Assembly (NCBI GenBank): GCA_947164795.1
Contig: CAMUXV010000001.1
Location: forward strand, 20,580-84,579
From: an uncultured Bacillales bacterium
Lineage (GTDB): Bacteria > Bacillota_I > Bacilli_A > RF39 > UBA660
Reading direction: 5' to 3'
DNA: 64,000 nucleotides
A program made the position numbers and the translations under genes. How positions within the stretch are numbered: position 1 is the first letter of the stretch; each line of letters opens with the position of its first letter. The notes under the pieces were generated by a model. That model was not told the DNA's origin. It ran no database searches and saw nothing but the letters and a program-made list of their open reading frames with translations. This document shows, piece after piece, positions 30,438 to 40,593 of the stretch.

Positions 30438-31344
30438 AGCCGTTAGAAGGTATTTTAGGGATGCTCTACATGGAGTATTCAGAAATTTTTCTTTATCTCT
30501 TGCTTCAATATCTTGTATTACAATTACTTTGATAGTAGTGGCTGTATCATTAATATTATCTTATAATGTAGAGCATTTCTCTGACTCAATTAGAAAAGAT
30601 GTAACTGTTGTTATGTTTCTAAAGAGTGATACAACTAAAGAAGATGAAGAAAAAATTAAGAAAGAATTAGAGGGTATTAATAATATTGAAAATAGTAGTA
30701 TTGAATTTAAGAGTAAAGAAGAGTCCGCAAAAGAGTTAAAAGTCGGTAGTGATATATTTGCTAATACTGTGGATTCTTGGACAGATGAAACTAATCCTTT
30801 ACTTGATAGTTATATGTTTAAAGTTAAGGATATAGAAAAAATCGATGATACCGTAAAAGAGGTTAAAAATTTATCTTTTACAAAAGATAAAGTAAATAAT
30901 ATTAATTATGGTGAAGATATAGTTCATCAATTAGTAGTGGTATTTAATGTTGTTAGAAAAGTTTGTATAGTAGCAGTACTTTCTCTTGTACTTGTTACCG
31001 CATTCTTAATTGCTAATACTATTAAACTTGCTATTTATTCTAGAAAAAGGGAAATAGAAATAATGAGATTAGTAGGAGCTTCTAATATATCGATTAAGAT
31101 TCCGTTTATTATTGAGGGATTATTTATTGGTATATTAGGTTCTGTTGTGCCAATTCTTATTACAGTATTTGGATATGGTTCTCTATATGATTTCTTTGGT
31201 GGAAAACTATTTGGATCAGGACTTGCTAGTCTTGTGGATCCTATGCCTTTTGTATATCAAATATCGGTAGCTTTACTTGCCATTGGTATACTAGTAGGTA
31301 TGATTGGTAGTTATCAAGCAGTTAGAAAGTATTTAAAAATATAG
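30418..31344 (+). CDS. ftsX: cell-division ABC permease FtsX
   Basis: 4-TM topology with large extracellular loop, overlaps ftsE stop. Confidence 0.85.
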   Translation: MFMKPFRAVRRYFRDALHGVFRNFSLSLASISCITITLIVVAVSLILSYNVEHFSDSIRKDVTVVMFLKSDTTKEDEEKIKKELEGINNIENSSIEFKSKEESAKELKVGSDIFANTVDSWTDETNPLLDSYMFKVKDIEKIDDTVKEVKNLSFTKDKVNNINYGEDIVHQLVVVFNVVRKVCIVAVLSLVLVTAFLIANTIKLAIYSRKREIEIMRLVGASNISIKIPFIIEGLFIGILGSVVPILITVFGYGSLYDFFGGKLFGSGLASLVDPMPFVYQISVALLAIGILVGMIGSYQAVRKYLKI

Positions 31345-31372
31345 ATTCTGTTAAGAATCTATTTTTTTATTC
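31345..31372. terminator. bidirectional terminator AGATTCTGTTAAGAATCT + T-run
   Basis: hairpin between convergent ftsX and 31359..31892. Confidence 0.5.
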
Positions 31373-31892
31373 CATATGTATTTGTTTGACTATCAATAAA
31401 TATATAATTATGTGGTGGATTATATGTAAAATAAATAAATATTACATACATTAGTACTATTGTTGGTATGGCTAAATTATTTACTATTTTTATATGTGGT
31501 ATCTTTAGAATATTATAACTTATTATTTCTTTAATTATATAGACTATTAATAATAGTAATATTGATACTAAAAGGGATTCTCCAATTATATTATATATAG
31601 GTAGATAGATAGCTAAATATATGGGAATTATAACTATAGATGTAAACCATAAATTAAAAGGAAAATTATTATATGGAATATTATTTTTATTTAATATTAT
31701 ATAGTCTATCATCCCATAAATTAATGAAGAAGTTACTAGTATTTTCATATGTTCCCAAATACTTTCGTTTACTGGGAAAATAAAAGAAAAAAATGGATTA
31801 GGAAATAATTCGTAAGCAAAGTGAGAAAAAAAAGATAACAAAAATATTCCTAATACAGCAATTATTCTTGTGTTTTTAAGATTTAGTTTCAT
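31359..31892 (-). CDS. hypothetical polytopic membrane protein (177 aa)
   Basis: 5-6 hydrophobic segments; no family. Confidence 0.45.
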   Translation of the reverse strand: MKLNLKNTRIIAVLGIFLLSFFSHFAYELFPNPFFSFIFPVNESIWEHMKILVTSSLIYGMIDYIILNKNNIPYNNFPFNLWFTSIVIIPIYLAIYLPIYNIIGESLLVSILLLLIVYIIKEIISYNILKIPHIKIVNNLAIPTIVLMYVIFIYFTYNPPHNYIFIDSQTNTYGIKK

Positions 31893-31960
31893 CTTATACC
31901 TCCAATATAAGTATATTAAATCTTGTACTGTAAATGATAAATTGCTTTACTAGAGTTCAA

Positions 31961-31974
31961 ATTAACTTGTTAAT
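31961..31974. promoter_or_regulatory. third copy of ATTAACTTGTTAAT palindrome (copy C), divergent intergenic region
   Basis: exact 14-mer shared with copies A and B; followed by GCCGCCAAATGCGG hairpin. Confidence 0.4.
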
Positions 31975-32067
31975 TTGATGCCGCCAAATGCGGAAAATAT
32001 CTAGAAAAACAAGCAAAAAATACTTTATCTATGATGAAAAAATTGATATAATAATTTATGTGATTAT

Positions 32068-33219
32068 ATGAAGAAAATATATATGTTTATTGGTACTTTT
32101 ATTATTTTTATTATTTTTATTACAGTAATAGGTTCTTTTATTGTTATGGGGAATACTCCTATTAAAAGAGAGAAAGATATATTTAGTGTGCAAAGTAATA
32201 AAGAGGTTTACTTTAATGTGTATGGATATGACATAGAAAATCCTAATGTTATTATAAATCCCTATGGTAATAGCCCGCTTACCGCTATTGCAATGTTTAC
32301 ATCAAGAGATTATAGTGAAGTATCGATTACTGTAAAAGGTAAATATGATAATGACATCAATTATACTTTTAGTAAAGATAAATATCATTTGATTCCAATA
32401 TATGGATTGTATCCTGACTATAATAATACTATTATTATTAGATGTGAAGGCAGTGAAAAGATTATTAATATTGAAACCAGTTCTTTACCTGAAAATTTTA
32501 CTTATAGTGAAGATATGATAAATGACAATTATTCTTTTTATAATAACGGGTATCCATATGCGATAGATAGTTATGGAGATATTAGATGGTATTTAAATAA
32601 GCATTATTTTGGTAATGTCTCCTTACTTGATAATGGTAATATTGTTGTTGGAAGTGATAAATATAATGATAATGAAAGTACTATTAGTTATTATAGAATG
32701 AACTTGCTTGGTAAAATATATACTGAATATTTACTAAAGAATGGGTATTATGGCTTTAATACCAAATATGAAGATAATATTATTGTTAAAAGTGATAAAT
32801 ATTTAGTAATGGATTTACAAACTGGTAATGTTTTAAATGAATTAGGTAAAGTAGATGATAATGTAGTAATTAATAATGTTTTTGATTTATATAGAGATGC
32901 TGTTAATTATAATCTTTCTAAACCTGTTAAGTATGGAGTATTAAGCGAAACTAAAACTTCAAAGAAAAAAATAGGGTTACTTAAATATTCTAAATATAAA
33001 GGCAATAATATTGATATTGAGATGAATAGTAATAGAATTACTGTTAAAAATAACAGTGATAATAGTGTCTATATTATTTTAGACAAAATATTAGATAAAA
33101 GAATATATAAAGTAGTGGATACAAAATATATTAATTTAGAAGGTTTAAAAGGTAGATATACTATTTATTATAAAATTAATAATAAGATATATAAAACTAA
33201 TTATTATATTGAGGTTTAA
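32068..33219 (+). CDS. secreted Y/N-rich protein, possibly arylsulfotransferase(ASST)-like beta-propeller
   Basis: N-terminal TM/signal; NPYGNSPLTAIAMF resembles ASST N-terminal motif; weak. Confidence 0.35.
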   Translation: MKKIYMFIGTFIIFIIFITVIGSFIVMGNTPIKREKDIFSVQSNKEVYFNVYGYDIENPNVIINPYGNSPLTAIAMFTSRDYSEVSITVKGKYDNDINYTFSKDKYHLIPIYGLYPDYNNTIIIRCEGSEKIINIETSSLPENFTYSEDMINDNYSFYNNGYPYAIDSYGDIRWYLNKHYFGNVSLLDNGNIVVGSDKYNDNESTISYYRMNLLGKIYTEYLLKNGYYGFNTKYEDNIIVKSDKYLVMDLQTGNVLNELGKVDDNVVINNVFDLYRDAVNYNLSKPVKYGVLSETKTSKKKIGLLKYSKYKGNNIDIEMNSNRITVKNNSDNSVYIILDKILDKRIYKVVDTKYINLEGLKGRYTIYYKINNKIYKTNYYIEV

Positions 33220-33221
33220 CT

Positions 33222-34430
33222 ATGAATAGAATTATATTGCATGTAGATGTTAATAATGCTTATCTAAGTTGGAGTGCCATTAACTTATTGAAGAATGGCC
33301 ATAAAATCGATATTAGAAATAGATATGCTGTTATTGGAGGAGATGAATCTCAGAGAAGAGGAATTGTTCTTGCTAAAAGTAATCTATGCAAAAAGAAAGG
33401 CGTCGTTACAGCTGAAACTATTGGTAGTGCAAGAAGAAAATGTCCATATCTGGAGGTATATGCTCCTGATTTTAAGGTGTATAAATACTATTCTGACAAA
33501 ATGTATGAATATTTATGTACTTATACAGATATTATTGAAAGATATTCTATAGATGAATGTTTCCTTGATTATACTGGTAGTGTTAAGCTATTTGGTGATC
33601 CTGTAAAGGTTGCTTATAAAATAAAGGATGATATTTATAAAAAATTTGGTTTTACTGTTAATGTAGGGGTGGGTAATAATAAGTTACTAGCTAAAATGTC
33701 TAGTGATTTTGAGAAACCTAATAAAGTACATACTTTATTTAATAATGAAATTATTAGTAAGATGTATCCACTTCCTATTGAAGATTTATTTATGATAGGT
33801 AAGTCTAGTAGTAAGAAACTTAGGAATATGAACATTAATACAATTGGGGAACTTGCTAAATACGATGAAGATGAGTTAATGAAGAAATTTAAGAGTATGG
33901 GTAAGATGATGCATGAGTATGCTAATGGTATTGATAATAGCCCTGTTCATTTTGAAAGGGAAGCAGCAAAAAATATATCTTCATCAACAGTACTTCCTTA
34001 TAACTATAGTGATGAAAAAATGATAGTGGATGTTATTATGAATTTATCAAGAAGAGTAGGTAAGCAATTAAGATACAATAAGATGTATGCTGATACTATT
34101 GGAGTTTGGCTTAAATATAGTTATTTTGATAAACTTAGTAAACAAGAAAAATTGAATATTAGTATCTCTACTGATGGAGAAATATATGATAATGCTAAAA
34201 GAATATTTAATAAATTATGGAACCATGATGATGGTATAAGAAGCATATGTGTATTCATAAGTGGACTATCAAGTACAAGAAAAAAACAATTATCAATATT
34301 TGATTTAGATAATGGTAATAATAGTAATGGTGAAGATGAAAAATTACAGGAATTAGTAGATAATTTACAAAATAAATATGGAAAAAGTGTTATTAGATTT
34401 GCTAATATGAAGGAGAGCGATAGAAAATGA
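33222..34430 (+). CDS. dinB: Y-family DNA polymerase (Pol IV/DinB-like)
   Basis: ILHVDVNNAYLS, SIDECFLD catalytic motifs. Confidence 0.8.
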   Translation: MNRIILHVDVNNAYLSWSAINLLKNGHKIDIRNRYAVIGGDESQRRGIVLAKSNLCKKKGVVTAETIGSARRKCPYLEVYAPDFKVYKYYSDKMYEYLCTYTDIIERYSIDECFLDYTGSVKLFGDPVKVAYKIKDDIYKKFGFTVNVGVGNNKLLAKMSSDFEKPNKVHTLFNNEIISKMYPLPIEDLFMIGKSSSKKLRNMNINTIGELAKYDEDELMKKFKSMGKMMHEYANGIDNSPVHFEREAAKNISSSTVLPYNYSDEKMIVDVIMNLSRRVGKQLRYNKMYADTIGVWLKYSYFDKLSKQEKLNISISTDGEIYDNAKRIFNKLWNHDDGIRSICVFISGLSSTRKKQLSIFDLDNGNNSNGEDEKLQELVDNLQNKYGKSVIRFANMKESDRK

Positions 34431-36586
34431 ATAACGGAATAATTAGTGAAATAGCAAGTGATTTAAATATAAAAAATAATCAGATAGAGGCAGTATTAAA
34501 ACTACTTGAAGAAGGTAGTACTATACCATTTATTGCTAGATATAGAAAAGAAGCTACTGGTGCTTTAAATGAAGAACAAATTAGAAGTATTAGCGAAGTA
34601 TATGAGTATCAAGTAAACTTACTTAAAAGAAAAGAAGATGTAATTAGATTAATAGATGAAAAAGGAATGCTTACTGATGAAATAAAGAGTAACATTATGA
34701 AGTGTTCTAAACTTGTTGAAGTAGAAGATATATATAGACCTTATAAGGAAAAGAAAAAGACTAAGGCTACTGAAGCTATTAAGAATGGTTTAGAACCATT
34801 AGCTAAAATTATTATGTCATTTAAAAAAATAGATATTAATAAAATTGCCAAATCTTATTTAAATGATAATGTTAAGACTGTTGAAGAAGCGATACAAGGA
34901 GCTAAATATATAATAGCAGAATGGATTAGTGATAATGCCTACTATAGAAAGTATATTAGAAATAATATGAGAAATAATGGTGTTATACACACTAAGTTAA
35001 AAAAGAATGCAGAAGACACATCTAAAGTATATGAAATGTATTATGATTATGAAGAGAGAATTAAATATATTAAACCTCATAGAGTGCTTGCTATTAATAG
35101 AGGAGAAAAAGAAGATATTCTTACGGTTAATATTACTATTGATAATGATTATGTTATATCTTTTTTAGAAAGTAAAATTATTAAAGAAGGTAATGAGGAA
35201 AGTAAAGTAATAGTTAAAGATGCTATTAATGATAGCTTTAAAAGATTAATATTTCCTAGTATCGAAAGAGAAGTAAGAGCGGAACTTAAAGAAGTAGCAG
35301 AAGATGGTGCAATAGATATTTTTGGTAAGAATTTAGAGAGTTTATTACTTACTCCTCCAATGAAAGATATTACAGTACTAGGTTTTGATCCAGCATATAG
35401 AACTGGATGTAAATTGGCTGTAGTAGATAGTACTTCTAATGTATTAAATATTTCGGTTATATATCCACATGAACCTCATAATAAATGGAATGAAGCAAAG
35501 GATAAGATTAAAGAGTTAATTAAGAAGTATGATATAGATGTTATATCTATAGGCAATGGAACTGCTTCTAGAGAAAGTGAAAAGTTAGTCGCAGAAGTTA
35601 TCTCTGAATATAAAGATAAAGATGTTAAGTATGTAATAGTAAGCGAAGCGGGAGCTAGTGTATATTCGGCGAGTGCACTTGCTATTAAAGAATTTCCTGA
35701 TTTAACAGTAGAAAAAAGAAGCGCTATTAGTATTGCAAGAAGACTACAAGATCCTTTATCAGAACTAGTTAAAATTGATAGTAAAAGTATTGGTGTTGGT
35801 CAATATCAGCATGATGTTAATGAGAAGAAACTAGATGAATCTTTAGATTTTGTGGTATCAAAATGTGTTAATAATGTTGGTGTTAATGTTAATACTGCTA
35901 GTCCATCAATACTTAAATATATTTCTGGCTTAACTAAACCTGTTATTGATAAGATTATTAAATATAGGGAAGAAAAAGGCAAGATTAAATCAAGGGATGA
36001 ACTATTAAGCAAGAAGATAGTGACTCCTAAAGCATATGAACAATCTATTGGATTTATGAGAGTGATAGATGGAGATAATCCTATGGATATTACTCCTATC
36101 CACCCTGAGAGTTATGATGCTACTACTAAGTTATTAGATAAGTTAGGATTTAGTATTAAAGATTTTGGTAGTGGAAAATTAGCAAACGAATTAGAAAAAG
36201 TTGATATTAATGAAATGTCTAAAGAATTAGGAGTGGATTCTTATACACTAGAAGATATTATTAAGGCATTAGAAAAACCTAATAGAGATTATCGTGATGA
36301 TTTTGAAAAACCGATACTAAAGAGTAATATCTTAAAATTAGAAGATTTAACTGTTGGTATGGAACTATCTGGTACGGTTAGAAATGTTGTTGACTTTGGA
36401 GCATTTATTGATATTGGCCTACATGAAGATGGTCTTGCTCATATTTCTAAATTAACTGATAAATATATTAAACATCCTATGGAAGTTGTATCAGTAGGAG
36501 ATATAGTTACCTGCTATGTGGATAAGATATCACTTGATAAGGGTAAGGTTAGTTTGTCGTTAATTAAGCCAACTATGGTTAAATAG
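34427..36586 (+). CDS. tex: Tex-like transcription accessory protein (YqgF/HhH/S1 domains)
   Basis: N-terminal Tex HTH, YqgF fold, C-terminal S1 domain (GTVRNVVDFGAFIDIG). Confidence 0.9.
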   Translation: MNNGIISEIASDLNIKNNQIEAVLKLLEEGSTIPFIARYRKEATGALNEEQIRSISEVYEYQVNLLKRKEDVIRLIDEKGMLTDEIKSNIMKCSKLVEVEDIYRPYKEKKKTKATEAIKNGLEPLAKIIMSFKKIDINKIAKSYLNDNVKTVEEAIQGAKYIIAEWISDNAYYRKYIRNNMRNNGVIHTKLKKNAEDTSKVYEMYYDYEERIKYIKPHRVLAINRGEKEDILTVNITIDNDYVISFLESKIIKEGNEESKVIVKDAINDSFKRLIFPSIEREVRAELKEVAEDGAIDIFGKNLESLLLTPPMKDITVLGFDPAYRTGCKLAVVDSTSNVLNISVIYPHEPHNKWNEAKDKIKELIKKYDIDVISIGNGTASRESEKLVAEVISEYKDKDVKYVIVSEAGASVYSASALAIKEFPDLTVEKRSAISIARRLQDPLSELVKIDSKSIGVGQYQHDVNEKKLDESLDFVVSKCVNNVGVNVNTASPSILKYISGLTKPVIDKIIKYREEKGKIKSRDELLSKKIVTPKAYEQSIGFMRVIDGDNPMDITPIHPESYDATTKLLDKLGFSIKDFGSGKLANELEKVDINEMSKELGVDSYTLEDIIKALEKPNRDYRDDFEKPILKSNILKLEDLTVGMELSGTVRNVVDFGAFIDIGLHEDGLAHISKLTDKYIKHPMEVVSVGDIVTCYVDKISLDKGKVSLSLIKPTMVK

Positions 36587-36598
36587 ATTATAATAATA

Positions 36599-36630
36599 AG
36601 AGTTATAGATTAGCTGTATAACTCTTTTTA
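36599..36630 (+). terminator. rho-independent terminator after tex (AGAGTTATAG...CTGTATAACTCT + T-run)
   Basis: hairpin read from sequence. Confidence 0.5.
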
Positions 36631-36713
36631 TCTATTTATTTAGACTCTACTATCTGTGTGGATACAAATATGATAAAATGTATTATAATGAGTATGAAAG
36701 GAGTAAAAGGAAT

Positions 36714-37787
36714 ATGAATCAAGAAAAAATAGGTAAATTTATTCAAGAACTTCGTAAAGAAAAGAAAATGACCCAGCAGGAATTAGCGGATTTATTAAAT
36801 GTGACGGATAGAGCTATTTCTCACTGGGAAAATGGTAGAAGGATGCCGGATGTTTCTTTGTTTAAACCCATATGTGAAATATTTAATATATCTGTGAATG
36901 AACTTATAAGTGGAGAACGTATTTCTCTTAATGAAGAAAAAGGTAAGTATGAAGAAAACATTATTGAATCATTAAATATTAATAAGAAGAATAAGAGTAG
37001 ATTAAAAAAAATAATTGTATTACTATTCATTATATTATTTGGTATTATAGTTTTTATTTATTTCTATTATAATTATTTATTTCCTAAATTTGATATTTAT
37101 AATGTTATTGTTTCATCAAGTGATATTGATAGTGAGTTAAGTTTAAAAAAACAGTTTAATTATAAAAATAATAATGGATTATTTAATGTTTGGTACTATG
37201 GTATTGATTCGGTACAATTATGTGATGTTAAAAATAAATGTTTTTTATTAGAACCTTCAATTAAGTATAAACAAATTGATGTAGAAAAAATAAAAAAATA
37301 TTTAAATTTTCAGTATAAAGAAAAAAATATTGATAAATTTGTTTTATATGATGGTAATTCTATTTTATATCTTAATGATAAATATTCAATATTATTTTGT
37401 GATACAGTTAATGATAATAAAGATATTTATATTGGTTTAAATAGTATGATTAAAGATTTAAATGGTTCTGTTTGTGATAATGATGAAAATATAATTAAAA
37501 GATTTACTAAAACATATTCTGTTATTAGCGTAGTAGAGGATGATGATTATGATTATTTAAATGTTACATTAAAAGAATTTCAAGGGGATACCGCTATGGT
37601 TAGAATAAAAAGAGTAGAAAATATTGAAAATGGTAAAAATTATGAATTTACTTTTATTAATTACTATGAATTTGATGATAACATTAAGAATATATTTGAT
37701 CATGCTATTTTAGTAGACATTAAAGAAACTGATAGAGTAGGATTAGAACAAGTAAATGAATCTGTATATAAGAATATGAATAGATAG
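36714..37787 (+). CDS. membrane-bound XRE-family HTH transcriptional regulator with extracytoplasmic C-terminal domain
   Basis: HTH_XRE (MTQQELADLLNVTDRAISHWENGRR), single TM (IIVLLFIILFGIIVFIYF), ~230-aa C-terminal domain; start at RBS-backed ATG 36714. Confidence 0.7.
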   Translation: MNQEKIGKFIQELRKEKKMTQQELADLLNVTDRAISHWENGRRMPDVSLFKPICEIFNISVNELISGERISLNEEKGKYEENIIESLNINKKNKSRLKKIIVLLFIILFGIIVFIYFYYNYLFPKFDIYNVIVSSSDIDSELSLKKQFNYKNNNGLFNVWYYGIDSVQLCDVKNKCFLLEPSIKYKQIDVEKIKKYLNFQYKEKNIDKFVLYDGNSILYLNDKYSILFCDTVNDNKDIYIGLNSMIKDLNGSVCDNDENIIKRFTKTYSVISVVEDDDYDYLNVTLKEFQGDTAMVRIKRVENIENGKNYEFTFINYYEFDDNIKNIFDHAILVDIKETDRVGLEQVNESVYKNMNR

Positions 37788-37986
37788 TTTTTAGCTGATT
37801 TTGTGTAATGAAAAGAGTCGTATCATTATTTGACATGACTCTTTTTTTAATTTGGAACAATATATTATTATAATCAAGTATTTCTTGTAAAAATGTTTGA
37901 ATTGCTAGAATGAAATTAAGATAGAATAATATATAAATATTGGAAAAAAAATGATTTAATGCTATAATTAGTAAAAGAGGTGTAGA

Positions 37987-38385
37987 ATGAAAGAAAAAAA
38001 AGAATTAATAAGTCAAAATGAAATGTTAGAATTTGTAGTAGGAATAATTCTACTTGCAATTGGTTTATTTATGTTATCAATGCATGTTAGGGTTTATTCT
38101 GGATGGTTTGCAGGATTTACTATTGGGTCTATTAGAGTTGCATCTGGAGCTGTTACAATTCCACTTATTATAGGAGTAATATGGTATGTAGCAAGACCAA
38201 AATCAAAACTAGCTAAATGGCTATGTTTATTAGGAAGCTTAATAATTGTTGTTTCAATTATTATGAGCATTCAAATTAACTGGGTATCATCAACATTATT
38301 TGAATACTTATTAATATTTGGATTATGTGCTGTAGGTATAGGATTAATATTAAAAACAGTATTTATTGATAGAAAAAATAGTTAA
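37987..38385 (+). CDS. small membrane protein (132 aa), hypothetical
   Basis: 4 hydrophobic segments, RBS AGAGGTG. Confidence 0.45.
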   Translation: MKEKKELISQNEMLEFVVGIILLAIGLFMLSMHVRVYSGWFAGFTIGSIRVASGAVTIPLIIGVIWYVARPKSKLAKWLCLLGSLIIVVSIIMSIQINWVSSTLFEYLLIFGLCAVGIGLILKTVFIDRKNS

Positions 38386-38815
38386 GTTTATTATAATTAT
38401 ATAGTGATAAAATTAATATAAATTATAATTATCAATTTAAATATTAAGCAGTGGTGCAAATAATGCTACTGTTTTTTTATATAAAAAAATCTTTATATTA
38501 ACTGTAAACCAACTGATAGTAAATAGCACAATGTTTCTACAAAAAGTTATAGATTTTTCTTCAAACAGGTTATATCTTGCAATTACAGAAGATATGTGAT
38601 ATAAAAAAACAAACCACTAGGGTTTGCTTATGTCAACATTGGAGCGATTGATTAAGTTATTTCAAACTATTTCACTAATGAAAAATCAATAGTTCTATCA
38701 ATTTCTAATAATATTCTAACACAGAAATTATTTTTTGTACATATTTTTTTTAGAATTGTTTTGGCTCTACTTGACACATCATAAAAATTATTTTATTATA
38801 ATAAGCAATTTAGTG

Positions 38816-38845
38816 ACACAAATATATATGATTTGTGTTATACTA
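38816..38845 (+). promoter_or_regulatory. promoter with long inverted-repeat operator ACACAAAT-N7-ATTTGTGT overlapping -10 (TATACT)
   Basis: 8-bp perfect IR arms directly upstream of Panacea gene. Confidence 0.4.
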
Positions 38846-38870
38846 AAATTGTAATAGGGAGGATTGAAAA

Positions 38871-39386
38871 ATGAAAAAGGAGGGCATTTTTTCAGCTTTA
38901 GATTTGGCAAAATACATATGCTATATGTATTATAAAAAATATAAAAAAGATATATCTCCAATAAAATTGCAAAAATCATTATATTTTTGCTTTGCATATT
39001 GGGGTGGTTACGTACGAAAAAACAATAAAAACAAAAACTTTGTTGAAGAAAGAATTTCTTTAAGTGAATATCTATTTGATGATACATTTAAAGCTTGGGT
39101 TTATGGACCAGTAATTCCAGAAATTTTTAAAAAATATAAAAACAAAAATATTGATTATGCAGATTTAGATGTTGATTGTATTTTTGACAAAACTAATATT
39201 ACAGTAAAAGAGGCTATAGATAGTTTACTTAATGAATTGTTTGAAGTTAGTGATTTTAAACTTGTTAGTATTTCACATGAAGATGAATGCTGGAAAAATC
39301 ATTTTGATATCTTTGCAGATGATCATGATGAAGATATTCCACCAGAAGAGATAATAAATGAATATGCACTTAGGAAAACAGTTTAA
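38871..39386 (+). CDS. Panacea-domain (DUF4065, GepA/SocA-like) putative antitoxin
   Basis: KLQKSLYFCFAYWGG ... AWVYGPVIPEIF pattern characteristic of DUF4065; GGGAGGA RBS. Confidence 0.6.
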   Translation: MKKEGIFSALDLAKYICYMYYKKYKKDISPIKLQKSLYFCFAYWGGYVRKNNKNKNFVEERISLSEYLFDDTFKAWVYGPVIPEIFKKYKNKNIDYADLDVDCIFDKTNITVKEAIDSLLNELFEVSDFKLVSISHEDECWKNHFDIFADDHDEDIPPEEIINEYALRKTV

Positions 39387-39927
39387 ATCAAATCGATTTG
39401 ATAAACCTAATATTGATAAAACTAACCATATTAAAGATAGGAAAAGTTTTGGATTTGGTGAAGATATATTTGATTTTGACGATGCTTTAAAATCAGTGAA
39501 TATAAGTTGTTTGGAATTTACTAATTATTTTCATGATAGAAAAGATGTTAAATTTAAATTTGTAAAAAAAGAATATAATAGATTACTAAACCAACGAGTG
39601 AATTTAGATGATGAATATGAAATGAAAATTGTGAATACAGAGGATGGATTTAATGGATTAAAATTAAAAATGATTTATTCAGATACTTTAGGTAAAGAAG
39701 TAAGAGATTTTCCACTTATGTATAAATTAAAAAATCTCGCAAATAATGAATTGCAATTTTATGTTAAAAATGAAAATAGTAAGTATAAGGTTTGTTTTAT
39801 TGACATTTTCCATTTGGCAATACCTACCAAGCAACAAAATACAAAAGCTATGTATGAAGTTAATTCTTGTAACACATATGGACTAGATCATTTAAGAGAA
39901 GAGAAAAAGATAAAAGTATTAAATTAA
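39358..39927 (+). CDS. hypothetical protein overlapping Panacea gene by 29 nt; candidate cognate toxin
   Basis: translationally coupled downstream ORF, no recognisable family. Confidence 0.45.
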   Translation: MNMHLGKQFKSNRFDKPNIDKTNHIKDRKSFGFGEDIFDFDDALKSVNISCLEFTNYFHDRKDVKFKFVKKEYNRLLNQRVNLDDEYEMKIVNTEDGFNGLKLKMIYSDTLGKEVRDFPLMYKLKNLANNELQFYVKNENSKYKVCFIDIFHLAIPTKQQNTKAMYEVNSCNTYGLDHLREEKKIKVLN

Positions 39928-40058
39928 CATTTTTAAATTATATTGTTGACAAAACCATATATTTTAAATTATATTGGCTTGTCAACATTTTTAATTCTTA
40001 CAAAATTCAGTATTTAAGTTAATTGCTAATGCTATTTTTTTAATGATAAATATGTTTT

Positions 40059-40502
40059 TTAAAATTTATTATTACTTCTACCAAGTATATAATCAATAGA
40101 ATATTTACTATATTTTGATAAACTAATTAATATCTCACAATTAATTAGTTTTTCTCCTCTTTCATAACTACCAAGAGATGAAAAAGAACAATTTAAAGCA
40201 TTACCTAAACTTCTTAATGATAGTCCTAATTCTTTTCTTATTTCTTTTAATCTATTACCAATAAGTTCTAAATCTAAAGTATAAGTTTCTTCAATATTTT
40301 TTCTTATATCTGTAAGTTTTAGCATATAATCTATATTAACATTATAGAAGTTAGCTAACTCTGCTATTCTTCTAGTAGGAATAGGAATTTTATTATGTTC
40401 CCATTCAGAATAAGTAGATTCATTAACACCAAAATAACTTGCTACTTCTCTTGATTTTAAATTTCTTTCCACTTTTAAATCTTCTAAACGATTCTCATTC
40501 AT
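40059..40502 (-). CDS. XRE-family repressor with two tandem HTH domains (phage cI-like)
   Basis: two HTH_XRE units (LKSREVASYFGVNESTYSEWE.. and LRSLGNALNCSFSSLGSYERG..). Confidence 0.8.
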   Translation of the reverse strand: MNENRLEDLKVERNLKSREVASYFGVNESTYSEWEHNKIPIPTRRIAELANFYNVNIDYMLKLTDIRKNIEETYTLDLELIGNRLKEIRKELGLSLRSLGNALNCSFSSLGSYERGEKLINCEILISLSKYSKYSIDYILGRSNNKF

Positions 40503-40570
40503 CTACATCACCTATACAATTATATTTTCCCATTTAAATAGTTAATATTAATAAAACTTCTCTAAATACG

Positions 40571-40588
40571 CACAATTTGTGATATAAT
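40571..40588 (+). promoter_or_regulatory. divergent promoter with palindromic operator CACAATTTGTG fused to -10 GATATAAT
   Basis: 11-bp palindrome in repressor/40594 intergenic region. Confidence 0.4.
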
Positions 40589-40593
40589 TATTT

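Noticed and set aside
38400-38870. Possible ncRNA or small gene in the 470-bp AT-rich gap at the left island border (IR ATATCTT-N11-AAGATAT at ~38565-38600)
   Set aside because: There is no convincing ORF with RBS and no recognisable RNA family features. Best interpreted as att/promoter region of the island. Left open for transcriptomic check.
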